From an uncultured Christensenella sp. (GTDB taxonomy: Bacteria > Bacillota > Clostridia > Christensenellales > DTU072), in the NCBI GenBank assembly GCA_964620655.1, contig CAZUJW010000001.1, positions 20,651 through 84,650 on the forward strand: a DNA stretch of 64,000 nt, given 5' to 3'. Below are positions 1-8,237 of the stretch, one piece after another. Under the pieces are notes generated by a model. It was not told the origin of the DNA. It worked only from the letters and a program-made list of their open reading frames with translations, and ran no database searches. Position 1 is the first letter of the stretch. Each line of letters opens with the position of its first letter. Made by a program: the position numbers and the translations under genes.

Positions 1-138
1 AGAGAAGAAAGGACTTACGCCGATATGAACGTCACCCGCAATTCGAGAGGGTGCGACGTATGCGACGTATGCAGCGCTCTTTTATGCGCCGACTGTTGTT
101 GCGAATGTATGGGCGGAGATCTTATTTCCTGCTGTTAG
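1..138 (+). CDS. Small cysteine-rich ORF. It is either the 3' end of a longer ORF or a complete 37-aa form from ATG 25: MNVTRNSRGCDVCDVCSALLCADCCCECMGGDLISCC
   Basis: Frame 1 is open from nt 1 to TAG 136-138. 11 of the last 28 residues are Cys. A tandem 9-mer tgcgacgta x2 encodes CDVCDV. The only weak SD (gaaagga) lies 11 nt before ATG 25, so the ORF may extend beyond the window. Confidence 0.3.
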   Translation, partial: REERTYADMNVTRNSRGCDVCDVCSALLCADCCCECMGGDLISCC

Positions 139-148
139 TCTTTTTAGT

Positions 149-691
149 ATGAGAAACGCTCGCGATATAGGCAGAAGAATAGCCTTTGCAGGCATAGGCG
201 CGGCAATATCGCTTATTTTCGTCACGTTAGCGTATTTCGTATCCAATATGAGCCTTTCTTTTTACGTTCTGAGTTCGGTAGGCATAATGTTACCCCTTAC
301 GCAGAACTATTACAGAGAAAGTATCCTTGCGTCGGTGGCGGTTTCCGTCATCGGCTTTTTTATTGCCAATCTGAAAATTATTCCTTTCGTCATGGCGAGT
401 AGCTTTTACGTCGTTTTCGCCGTGTTTTGGCATAACAAAAATCTTAACAGATGGTTGGGGTATGCGATAAAGTTTCTTTATTCGGGGCTCGTGTTCTTTA
501 TTTTGTACAAACTTACTTCGCTCGTTGCTATAGACTTATCTAATCTTCCCAAAATCGCCGCGTTGTCTTACGCAGCGTCGTACGCTATATTCAACGTAAT
601 TTTTTCGCTTGCCTTTATAGTCTACGATATTTTAGTCGAGCAAGGATATATTTATCTTACCAAATTCGTGGTGAAGAAGATAAAAAGATAA
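149..691 (+). CDS. Polytopic membrane protein of unknown family (about 5-6 TM)
   Basis: 180-aa ORF made of successive hydrophobic segments with a basic N-terminus (RNARDIGRR) and a basic C-terminus (KKIKR). It starts 10 nt after the stop of the Cys-rich ORF and has no obvious SD. Confidence 0.5.
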   Translation: MRNARDIGRRIAFAGIGAAISLIFVTLAYFVSNMSLSFYVLSSVGIMLPLTQNYYRESILASVAVSVIGFFIANLKIIPFVMASSFYVVFAVFWHNKNLNRWLGYAIKFLYSGLVFFILYKLTSLVAIDLSNLPKIAALSYAASYAIFNVIFSLAFIVYDILVEQGYIYLTKFVVKKIKR

Positions 692-702
692 GCCGATTTT
701 AT

Positions 703-1026
703 TTATTGAACGCTTTCTTCGCTTGCGACCACCGCTTGATAAAGTAAGTTTTCGATGTGTTTGTTTTTTAAGTAATAATAAGTCTTTTTGCCGTCTTTAT
801 AGCAGTTTATCGTACCGCCGTCTTTGAGAATTCGGAGTTGGTGACTTACCGCGCTTTGATTGAGTCCGGTGACGAAACTTATATCGTTGACGCACATATC
901 GTCCATGGACAGAAGACAAATTATTTTAAGTCGCGTTTTGTCGGAAAATGCCGAGAAAAAATCGGCGAGATTATCCGTTTCTTTTTCGACGGCAATGTAG
1001 TTTTCCAGTATCTTTTCGATTTTCAT
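703..1026 (-). CDS. ArsR/SmtB-family metalloregulator-type transcriptional repressor
   Basis: Winged-HTH signature DKTRLKIICLL...CVNDIS...GLNQSAVSHQLRILKDGG. The start is moved to the internal ATG at 1026 because AAGGAG lies 7 nt upstream of it. The track start at 1053 has no SD. Confidence 0.85.
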   Translation of the reverse strand: MKIEKILENYIAVEKETDNLADFFSAFSDKTRLKIICLLSMDDMCVNDISFVTGLNQSAVSHQLRILKDGGTINCYKDGKKTYYYLKNKHIENLLYQAVVASEESVQ

Positions 1027-1083
1027 TGATAAGCTCCTTCGCAACGACGCCATAATTTAAGTGTTTTCGTCGGAATTAAGTTT

Positions 1084-1097
1084 TGCGGATATCCGCA
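1084..1097. promoter_or_regulatory. Perfect 14-bp palindrome TGCGGATATCCGCA, candidate ArsR-family operator
   Basis: Self-complementary sequence seen directly. It sits in the divergent intergenic region, 58 nt upstream of the arsR-like start. Confidence 0.3.
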
Positions 1098-1186
1098 TAA
1101 CGTTCGCTCCTGAAATTATGGTAAATTATGCACGAATGCGAAAAGAGTCGCATATTGTAGATTAAAGTTAGATTATGGGGGAACGA

Positions 1187-1318
1187 ATGGATATAACTCT
1201 ACCGATGCTTTTATTTTTGCTGTTAAACAACGGAAACAACGACTCCGATTACGACGGAAACGGCTGTTGCGACAGAACCACGCTCGCTATGTGCCTGTGT
1301 TTGCTCTGTTTATCGTAA
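1187..1318 (+). CDS. 43-aa hydrophobic, Cys-rich micro-ORF: MDITLPMLLFLLLNNGNNDSDYDGNGCCDRTTLAMCLCLLCLS
   Basis: ATG is preceded by GGGGGA at 5-nt spacing. The ORF is divergent from the ArsR-like gene. It has 5 Cys, including a CC doublet and a C-x-C-x2-C tail. It is too short for the ORF track. Confidence 0.3.
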   Translation: MDITLPMLLFLLLNNGNNDSDYDGNGCCDRTTLAMCLCLLCLS

Positions 1319-1398
1319 CCGTAAATTTTGAGCAACCGACGGTTGAAATAATATAGAGGTTATGTTAAAATAAAACCATCAAATTTTGAGGTGGCTCG

Positions 1399-2067
1399 AT
1401 GGTACATATAGGCAACGATTGGGACGAAGTGTTGAAAGACGAATTTAATTCCGAATACTATCAGGTGTTAAGGGGGTTCTTGAAATACGAATATTCGGCG
1501 GAAACCATTTATCCGTCCATGTACGATATCTTCAATGCCTTTAAGGCTACGCCGTATAACGACGTCAAGGTAGTGATACTCGGACAAGACCCGTATCATC
1601 AACCGTCTCAAGCTCACGGAATGTGCTTTTCGGTTAAACCCGGCGTTCGTCTGCCGCCGTCCTTAAAAAATATCTATCGAGAAATAACCAACGAATTGGG
1701 TATCCAAATGGGCGAAAGCGGTTACCTTATGCCGTGGGCAAAGCAAGGCGTGCTTCTTATGAACACGATTTTGACCGTACGGCGAGGGAAGCCTATGTCG
1801 CACGAAGGGTACGGATGGGAAAGGTTCACCGACGCCGTCCTGAAAAAACTTAACGAGCGAAAAAAGCCTATTATTTTTCTTTTGTGGGGTTCGCCCGCAA
1901 GGAAGAAAGCTAAACTTATTACCAACAAAAATCATATCATTCTCGAAGCCGCGCACCCGTCGCCGCTAAGCGCATACTACGGATTTTTCGGTTGCGGGCA
2001 TTTTGCCAAGGTAAACGAAATTCTCGAAAGTATGGGCGAAAAACCCATCGACTGGCAGATTAAGTAA
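1399..2067 (+). CDS. ung: Uracil-DNA glycosylase (family 1)
   Basis: Motifs GQDPYH and HPSPLSA. GAGGTG SD 6 nt upstream of the start. 222 aa. Confidence 0.95.
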   Translation: MVHIGNDWDEVLKDEFNSEYYQVLRGFLKYEYSAETIYPSMYDIFNAFKATPYNDVKVVILGQDPYHQPSQAHGMCFSVKPGVRLPPSLKNIYREITNELGIQMGESGYLMPWAKQGVLLMNTILTVRRGKPMSHEGYGWERFTDAVLKKLNERKKPIIFLLWGSPARKKAKLITNKNHIILEAAHPSPLSAYYGFFGCGHFAKVNEILESMGEKPIDWQIK

Positions 2068-2089
2068 AAAGTTAAAAGGCGGTTTTTCT

Positions 2090-2146
2090 GATGTGAACCC
2101 AAAAGTCTGGACAGAAATGTAAAACTTTTTGGGTGCATTTCACATC
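2090..2146. repeat. Long imperfect hairpin, a possible diverged member of hairpin family B
   Basis: Arms are gatgtgaacccaaaagt and actttttggg(tgca)tttcacatc. It shares the GTGAA..CCCAAAGT / ACTTTGGG..TTCAC core with the copies at 53082 and 59079. It lies just after the ung stop and is followed by a T-run at about 2154. Confidence 0.35.
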
Positions 2147-2178
2147 GACCGTATTTTTTAATAATGAGTGGACGCGGA

Positions 2179-2325
2179 GTGGTCAAATTGCGTTTATTTT
2201 TCGCGAAAGCCGTAGAAAACTATAATTAAATATCCGTTTTTTTATTTTTATCGACGAAAGTATAGTTTGAAAATTTATCTGTGCTCGTTTTTTACGGCGT
2301 AAAGAAATGTGTTTTGGACGCTCCC
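2179..2325 (-). repeat. Intergenic repeat family U, copy U1 (variant without the hairpin core)
   Basis: Aligns by eye along its length with 8957-9140 (same orientation) and with the reverse complement of 8238-8428 and 55347-55536. It lacks the 56-nt core and has a single tttcgcgaaa arm instead. Confidence 0.6.
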
Positions 2326-2339
2326 GCTAATTTTACCAC

Positions 2340-2368
2340 TTGTCAAAATAAGTATATAGCTGTATAAT
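2340..2368 (+). promoter_or_regulatory. Sigma-A-like promoter for the Big_3 lipoprotein gene
   Basis: TTGTCA, 17-nt spacer, TATAAT. It directly abuts the end of repeat U1. Confidence 0.45.
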
Positions 2369-2407
2369 AAGTATATATTATAAAAAGGCTTGTCCTTCGG
2401 AAGGAAA

Positions 2408-5400
2408 ATGAAGAAAAAAGTTTTATTAGTAATCCTGATACTTTTGATAGCCGTGTCCGCCGTCGCTTGTTCGGCGGAAATCGAGTATAAAAAACCTTAC
2501 GTTACGGAAATCGCCGTTACGGACTTTTTCCACGCCGACGAGTACGTAGCGGGCGACTCGCTCAATCTCGAAGGGGCTAAACTTTTTATAAGATATTCGG
2601 ATCTGACCACCGAAGAAATCGACCTTACCGCGGAGATGTGTTCCGACTACGATATGAACGTACCGGAAACGGGCAAGGTAATTACGGTAAACTACGGCGG
2701 CAAGGCCACCACGTTTAAGGTCAACGTTTATGACCTTACTTTCAGCTCGGTGGAATTGGCTTCCGCTCCTACACGTACGCAGTACGTCGTCGGAGAAAAC
2801 GTATCCGCCGACGGAGCCACGATAAACGTTCGTTACGAAGGTGGCAAAACCATCACCGTCAAAGTTACAGAAAAAATGCTCGAAGAGTACGATAATCAGC
2901 GTGTCGGAGAGCAGAAGATTTACATTTCTTACTACGGTTTCAGACTTTTCTTCACCGTATATTTCGACGCGAAGACGGTTATTAAACTCGACGTTTTGCA
3001 TTTGCCTAATCAGAACGCCGTTTTCGTCGGCTACGGCGACAAGCTCGACCTTACGGGACTTCGTCTCCGCCTTACTTACGACAACGGGCTTATGCCGTCT
3101 AAGGAAATAGAAGAAGAAAAGGATAACGTAAAGGTTTATATCGACGACTCCGAAGTCCGCACCGTTATGGCAAGGATAGCTTATATTCCCGCAGATTATC
3201 CCGAAACGGTCACTTATTCTTACAGCGGAGCGGCTCTCGTGTCCATGGGCGAATACGTTTATCCCGATATGGAAATAGCGAGTAATCAGCTTCTCGAAAA
3301 CGTTCGGAGCAAGACTTACGGCAAAGTTACTGCAATTAAGGAAAAAACGATAGAAGTAAGTACTGTGGTGGAATACGAGGTCACTTCGCCCGAAGTGGAA
3401 ATCGGACAGATTCTGAAAGAAAACGAAGTCATCGGCAGAACGGGCGCGAACAACGTGTTTAACGACGGCGGAAGCGGAATAGTTCTTTCCGTCGGCGACG
3501 GCAAGGTGACAATGCAAACCGCACCCGTGGTGGCGTTTAACATTAACGTCAAGGACAGAAGCTATAAGAGTATGGAAATAGACCGCTTCCCCGTGACGGC
3601 GAAGTACGGCAGCGACGTAAGTTCCATTATACAAGGCGACAAGCTCGACCTTTCCACCGGCAGAGTGAGAGTGTATTACGACAACGGTGAAACCGAAGTT
3701 TATTCGATGGACAACGCCCTCATTAAAGTAATCAATTCCGACGACGACCTGTTGCGTTCGGAAATAAAAGATTTGGAATTCACCACCGTCGACAACGTGA
3801 CGGGCATAACAGCCGGCAGGTACGAACTTAAATACGGTCTTACCCATCCTTACGGCGACGCGGTGTCGGTAGTGGCTACCGTAGTCGACGAAACGGGCAA
3901 GAGCGTTTACGTTCAGCAGAACAGATACGTTTCTCTCGAAGAGGGACTCAATTACACCGTATCCCTTACCGCAACGTATAACGACGGCGGAATAATAAAA
4001 GTAAGCGAATGCGTCTATTATCTCGCTACGATAGGAGCGGGCGTAAGGCGTAATCAGCTCGATATAACCGCCGCGGGAAAACATAAACTTCTCGTAATAT
4101 ACGGCGGCGTGAAAGAAAACAACGTAAATATGATAGTCACCGTAATTCAGCGTTACGCCGTTCAGCTCAACGTACTTACGGAAACCGACAATATTAACGG
4201 TAAGTCGTTCAGAAAAGGCGACGTAATTCCCATAGCTACTTTACAATATACCATTACTTATAATAACGGCGACGTAAGCGAACCTACGGGCGTAACTATG
4301 GATATGCTCGGCGAAAACTGCACTTTGACTTGCGATACCGTCACCGACAGAAAAGAAATTTATTTTTACATACCCGGTACGGAAGTTACGAGCGCGACGA
4401 TGATTTGCAAAGTCGTTCCTATGCCAATTACTTCGATTGTTTTCGATACCTTGCCCGTGGACACGTTCCTTAAAGCGCAGGCGTCCGACACGGTAAACGT
4501 GGATTTGTCGGGCGGTGTACTCAGAGTTTATTACGAAAACGGCAAAGTGGAAATAATAGGTCAGTCGGGCGTTTTGCTTAACGACTTAGTCGGCAACGGC
4601 AGCGGGCAGAGAATAGTTCTTTCCTACAATTTCGCCGACAACAGGTTCCTTTCGTTAGAAGAAATAGCCGCGGGCGTTCATTACGAAGCTACGCTTACCT
4701 ACGTAGACGCAGACGGAGCGCAGGCGGATACCACGTTCGATTATTACATAATAGACCCCGATAACGCAATCAGCGCAATAAAAGTCGTGTTGAGTACCGA
4801 TTATTACAAACGTAATTACATTCAGTGCGAAGACTGGGATCTGACGGGCGTAAATATGATAGTGACTTACGCTAAAAACGGTACCACGAGTCAACCTATC
4901 CCCGTCACAAAAGAAATGATTTACGATTCCACTACCGACAATATCGGAAAGGATATCCCCGTCAAGGTAAGGTATCTCGGCAAAGTGGACGCGACTACGT
5001 TCAAGATTAACGTCGAAGCCCGTATGGAAACCGCCGTCTGCGTGGTTAAGACGGGTAAAGACTTGTACTACAACACCGATAAAGAACCCGATTTTTCGGG
5101 ATACAAATTCAGCCTTAGCTACAATGCGGGAGCGAGCGCGGAAGTAAGCGGTCTTACCGAGTTTACCGGAGCAAAAGACAAAGCGGGTTGGTGGTACGAA
5201 ATTTACGACGAAGACGGCTTGCAGCTTACGCAGTTCAGAAGAGTAGGCAGGAAGATAGTCCGTATCTACCACACTACGGAAATCAACGACGGAGGAACCA
5301 CGGCTTACGCTTACGTTTATACCGAATTTTCGATAGAAGTGTTGGAAAAGACCGTAAATATCGTTTCCGTGGCGTACGAAGACGATTCGCTCGGGACGTG

Positions 5401-7198
5401 GAATAACTTAGGAAAAGAACTTAACGTGCTCGAAATCACCGCTCACGGGTGGGAACTTTTCCTTAATAAATACGACTTGTCGAAAGGTTATATCGATGAC
5501 AAGTACCTTACCGTTTATTACGAAGACGCCTCGGTAGGCTACGTCAAAATAACTTCCGATATGGTAATAGGCTACGAAAAAGCCGATTTAACCAAGGGCT
5601 ACAGAGCGGTTACCGTTCGTTACAAGACCTTCTCGGCGGAAGTCTGCGTGCAGGTTCTTAACGCGACGTTCACATCGATAGCCGTGGAAAAAACTCCCGT
5701 AACCAACTTTATAGCGGGAAGCGAGCTTACCAAAAACGGCGGTATCGTAAGATGCGTGTACGAAGTCACCGACGGCGACGGCACGAAGTGGAACTTCTAT
5801 AAGTATCTCGATATGGACGACGATAACGTGACTTGCAGCGGATTTAACAGTAACATAAGCGAAAGTATAGATAACGTGTCGCAGGATATTACCGTTAAAT
5901 TCAGAGATAAGACCACTACTTATCCGATTATCGTCTACAACAAACAGGCGATAGAATTCAAGTATCAGAATACGATATTCTTCTACGGCAACACGAAAGC
6001 GGCGAGCGCGACCCCGTTGCAGAGAATACCCGAATTCGACTTGCCCGAGTCTTCCGATATTACGATGTGGTACGTAAGCAGCGAGTTTTTCATAAACGAA
6101 GAAGACTTCGAGCAGTACCTTATCGATCATAACGACGTAATCCGTGCCGAATTTATGTTGCTTATCTGTGAAGGCGGCGTTAAAAAGTACGTCAAAAAAG
6201 AATATTTGCAATCGAATTATCCGGTAGTTCCGCTCAAAAAAGGATACGATAGGTATATAGTAATGGAAGTTCTCGGCAATACGTATTACCGTCAGGAAAA
6301 CTATTGTTTGCAAAAATATACCGTTATACCTAAGGTTATCGAAGTCAAGGTAGTGTCTTACACCGAAGACGCGTACACTCTCGACTACACCGTCAGCGGC
6401 GAAAACAACTTGCCGAAAGTTATTCTTTATCTCTACGATAATCTCGACGAGATAGTAAGTTCTTACGTCGGTAAGAAAGGCGTTACTTCCATAGAAATGC
6501 TCAGCCCGAACAAGAACTTCTTCCGTATCGGTATATTCGTGGCGGGGAGTTTTACCGACGTCGATTTGTTGAACGAAATATTCGCCGCTATTACGAGTAA
6601 ATGCAACGAGTATCTGCAATCGACGAGCGTAAGCGCGAACGTGGAGAAAAAACGTAAGGGTATAAACGTGGGAGAATACAACGGTATCGCTCCCGAATAC
6701 GTATCCTACCGCTTGTCTGCGGGCGAAACGCTCACCCTTAACGGTATACTCGAACTGCTCGAAGGAAGTCCCGAACTGAAAAATTACGATTATTCCACGG
6801 GATTATACGACGTAGCGGTAGGCACGTTGAAACACGGCGAAGACCACTATACCATCGACTTCACGGGCGGAAAATATAAAGTGACTACGAGAGCGATAGA
6901 CGAGTACGCGTGTACGGGAAGTTGGGATAGGAGTACGAATACGCTTACCGTATCCATTGCCGACTACCTTGCGCGCGGAATATCGATGTACGTCGTCAAT
7001 ACCGCCGACAAGCAGTCGAGAGAGATAGGAGAAGACGAATTCTCGTACTATACCGCCGCAGATATGAGCGACGGAACCAAACTTACCGAAAAGCCTTCGA
7101 CCGCGGGTACTTATTACGTCAAAGTGGGAGCGGACGATAGTTTCAGTATGAACGGAACCAACGTAACAATAACGTTTACGTTAATAATAACAGAGTAA
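2408..7198 (+). CDS. Giant cell-surface lipoprotein with many bacterial Ig-like (Big_3-type) domains
   Basis: Lipoprotein signal MKKKVLLVILILLIAVSAVAC|S after a GGAAGGAA SD. The track's TTG start at 2390 is less likely. It has recurrent modules of about 75-90 aa with the pattern GD.LDL.G..L.V.Y.NG (for example GDKLDLTGLRLRLTYDNG, GDKLDLSTGRVRVYYDNGETEV, VDLSGGVLRVYYENGKVE). Confidence 0.8.
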   Translation: MKKKVLLVILILLIAVSAVACSAEIEYKKPYVTEIAVTDFFHADEYVAGDSLNLEGAKLFIRYSDLTTEEIDLTAEMCSDYDMNVPETGKVITVNYGGKATTFKVNVYDLTFSSVELASAPTRTQYVVGENVSADGATINVRYEGGKTITVKVTEKMLEEYDNQRVGEQKIYISYYGFRLFFTVYFDAKTVIKLDVLHLPNQNAVFVGYGDKLDLTGLRLRLTYDNGLMPSKEIEEEKDNVKVYIDDSEVRTVMARIAYIPADYPETVTYSYSGAALVSMGEYVYPDMEIASNQLLENVRSKTYGKVTAIKEKTIEVSTVVEYEVTSPEVEIGQILKENEVIGRTGANNVFNDGGSGIVLSVGDGKVTMQTAPVVAFNINVKDRSYKSMEIDRFPVTAKYGSDVSSIIQGDKLDLSTGRVRVYYDNGETEVYSMDNALIKVINSDDDLLRSEIKDLEFTTVDNVTGITAGRYELKYGLTHPYGDAVSVVATVVDETGKSVYVQQNRYVSLEEGLNYTVSLTATYNDGGIIKVSECVYYLATIGAGVRRNQLDITAAGKHKLLVIYGGVKENNVNMIVTVIQRYAVQLNVLTETDNINGKSFRKGDVIPIATLQYTITYNNGDVSEPTGVTMDMLGENCTLTCDTVTDRKEIYFYIPGTEVTSATMICKVVPMPITSIVFDTLPVDTFLKAQASDTVNVDLSGGVLRVYYENGKVEIIGQSGVLLNDLVGNGSGQRIVLSYNFADNRFLSLEEIAAGVHYEATLTYVDADGAQADTTFDYYIIDPDNAISAIKVVLSTDYYKRNYIQCEDWDLTGVNMIVTYAKNGTTSQPIPVTKEMIYDSTTDNIGKDIPVKVRYLGKVDATTFKINVEARMETAVCVVKTGKDLYYNTDKEPDFSGYKFSLSYNAGASAEVSGLTEFTGAKDKAGWWYEIYDEDGLQLTQFRRVGRKIVRIYHTTEINDGGTTAYAYVYTEFSIEVLEKTVNIVSVAYEDDSLGTWNNLGKELNVLEITAHGWELFLNKYDLSKGYIDDKYLTVYYEDASVGYVKITSDMVIGYEKADLTKGYRAVTVRYKTFSAEVCVQVLNATFTSIAVEKTPVTNFIAGSELTKNGGIVRCVYEVTDGDGTKWNFYKYLDMDDDNVTCSGFNSNISESIDNVSQDITVKFRDKTTTYPIIVYNKQAIEFKYQNTIFFYGNTKAASATPLQRIPEFDLPESSDITMWYVSSEFFINEEDFEQYLIDHNDVIRAEFMLLICEGGVKKYVKKEYLQSNYPVVPLKKGYDRYIVMEVLGNTYYRQENYCLQKYTVIPKVIEVKVVSYTEDAYTLDYTVSGENNLPKVILYLYDNLDEIVSSYVGKKGVTSIEMLSPNKNFFRIGIFVAGSFTDVDLLNEIFAAITSKCNEYLQSTSVSANVEKKRKGINVGEYNGIAPEYVSYRLSAGETLTLNGILELLEGSPELKNYDYSTGLYDVAVGTLKHGEDHYTIDFTGGKYKVTTRAIDEYACTGSWDRSTNTLTVSIADYLARGISMYVVNTADKQSREIGEDEFSYYTAADMSDGTKLTEKPSTAGTYYVKVGADDSFSMNGTNVTITFTLIITE

Positions 7199-7217
7199 AT
7201 TATCCTAAGGAGAGAGT

Positions 7218-8237
7218 ATGGAAAACAACATTCTTGTGAAGGGCAAAGGTTTAATCACGAAAATAGCGGTCAGCTCGGTCAACGGCGTAGACGCGTTTGA
7301 AGGAAAGAGAAACAAAAGAATTTTCATCGACGTTCTGCAAGACGAAGCCAACGAAAACGTAGTTCTTATAGCGTATTGCGTTTTAGACTCCACCGCACAT
7401 TTTATTATAAAGTCCAACGTTAAAAGCGACGCGGATAAGTATATCGCAGCCGTTACGGGCAGATATGCGGCAAGTTACCGCAGCAACGGCAGAAGCGGAA
7501 ATCCGTTAAGAAGCGATTACGTTTCGCAAAAAATAAAGAGCGAAAACTTAAGCGGAGCGGTAGCGTACGTTCATAGCCTTGCTCCCACGGCACCCTCCGA
7601 TTATCCCTATTGCAGCTACGGATATCTTTCCGAAGGCATTCACGGCGGCACTGCCGTAATAATCGCCGAAAACGGCGGCGAAATGAGCGAAAACGAATTT
7701 TCCGATTGGCTTTCCGCAGATTCGGGCAAAGGTTTTAAGACGATAAATTCAGGCAAAGAAAGTTTCTCTTCCGTATTGAAAGAATGCAGAGAAAAATATC
7801 TCGTCGGCGACGTGAGCGAAGGTAATATTGTGTACGTTCTCGCAGACTTGTGTCAGCGTAGCGGAGCTAAGTACAAAAAAGCCGCCCGCGCGCTCGGCGT
7901 TTCTTATAAGGAAAGAAGAGACCTTATGATATGCACTCTGTTGGAACTTATGCAAAACAGGGGATACAACTTCTCCGAAGCCATCGCCCTTATGCAAATA
8001 TATACCGAAAACAGACACGCTTTGCTTCTCGATTGCATAGTGGAACAAAACAGACAAAACGCTTACTCTTACGACCATATAATAAACTCTTTCGGCGTAG
8101 ACGATTTCTACTACGATATACTTGCCGAAATAATGAGAGGACTTCACAGAAAGTATGCTTTCGGCTTCGAAGAACTCTGCGTCAAGTTCCACGTTCAGAA
8201 CGATATTCTGTCCATAAGAGCAAGGTGCGGTTTTTAA
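7218..8237 (+). CDS. IS200/RAYT-like Y1 (HUH) transposase-fold protein (COG1943-like) with a degenerate HUH motif and an uncharacterised C-terminal half
   Basis: The N-terminal 135 aa align by eye with the COG1943 pattern: IAYCVLDSTAHFII vs AYCLM.NH.HLL, GRYAASY vs GRYAQ.F, and AYVHSLAP...DYPYCSY vs YIH.NPV...DYPWSSY. An AGGAGA SD precedes the start, which is 19 nt after the giant gene's stop. Confidence 0.65.
   Translation: MENNILVKGKGLITKIAVSSVNGVDAFEGKRNKRIFIDVLQDEANENVVLIAYCVLDSTAHFIIKSNVKSDADKYIAAVTGRYAASYRSNGRSGNPLRSDYVSQKIKSENLSGAVAYVHSLAPTAPSDYPYCSYGYLSEGIHGGTAVIIAENGGEMSENEFSDWLSADSGKGFKTINSGKESFSSVLKECREKYLVGDVSEGNIVYVLADLCQRSGAKYKKAARALGVSYKERRDLMICTLLELMQNRGYNFSEAIALMQIYTENRHALLLDCIVEQNRQNAYSYDHIINSFGVDDFYYDILAEIMRGLHRKYAFGFEELCVKFHVQNDILSIRARCGF

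Noticed and set aside
2426-4084. Very long antisense ORFs inside real genes: 2426-4084 (552 aa), 5588-6619, 20780-21634, 27439-28617, 31944-32960, 53268-54218, 62212-63030 and others.
   Set aside because: Each one I checked is in the codon-aligned antisense frame of a well-supported gene (same codon phase as the sense gene at 2390, 26488, 31797 and 53253). That frame stays open whenever the sense strand avoids TTA, CTA and TCA codons, as this genome does. The translations are low-complexity (V/F/R/Y/H-rich), lack SDs and show no motifs. I treat them as a codon-usage artefact, not overlapping genes.
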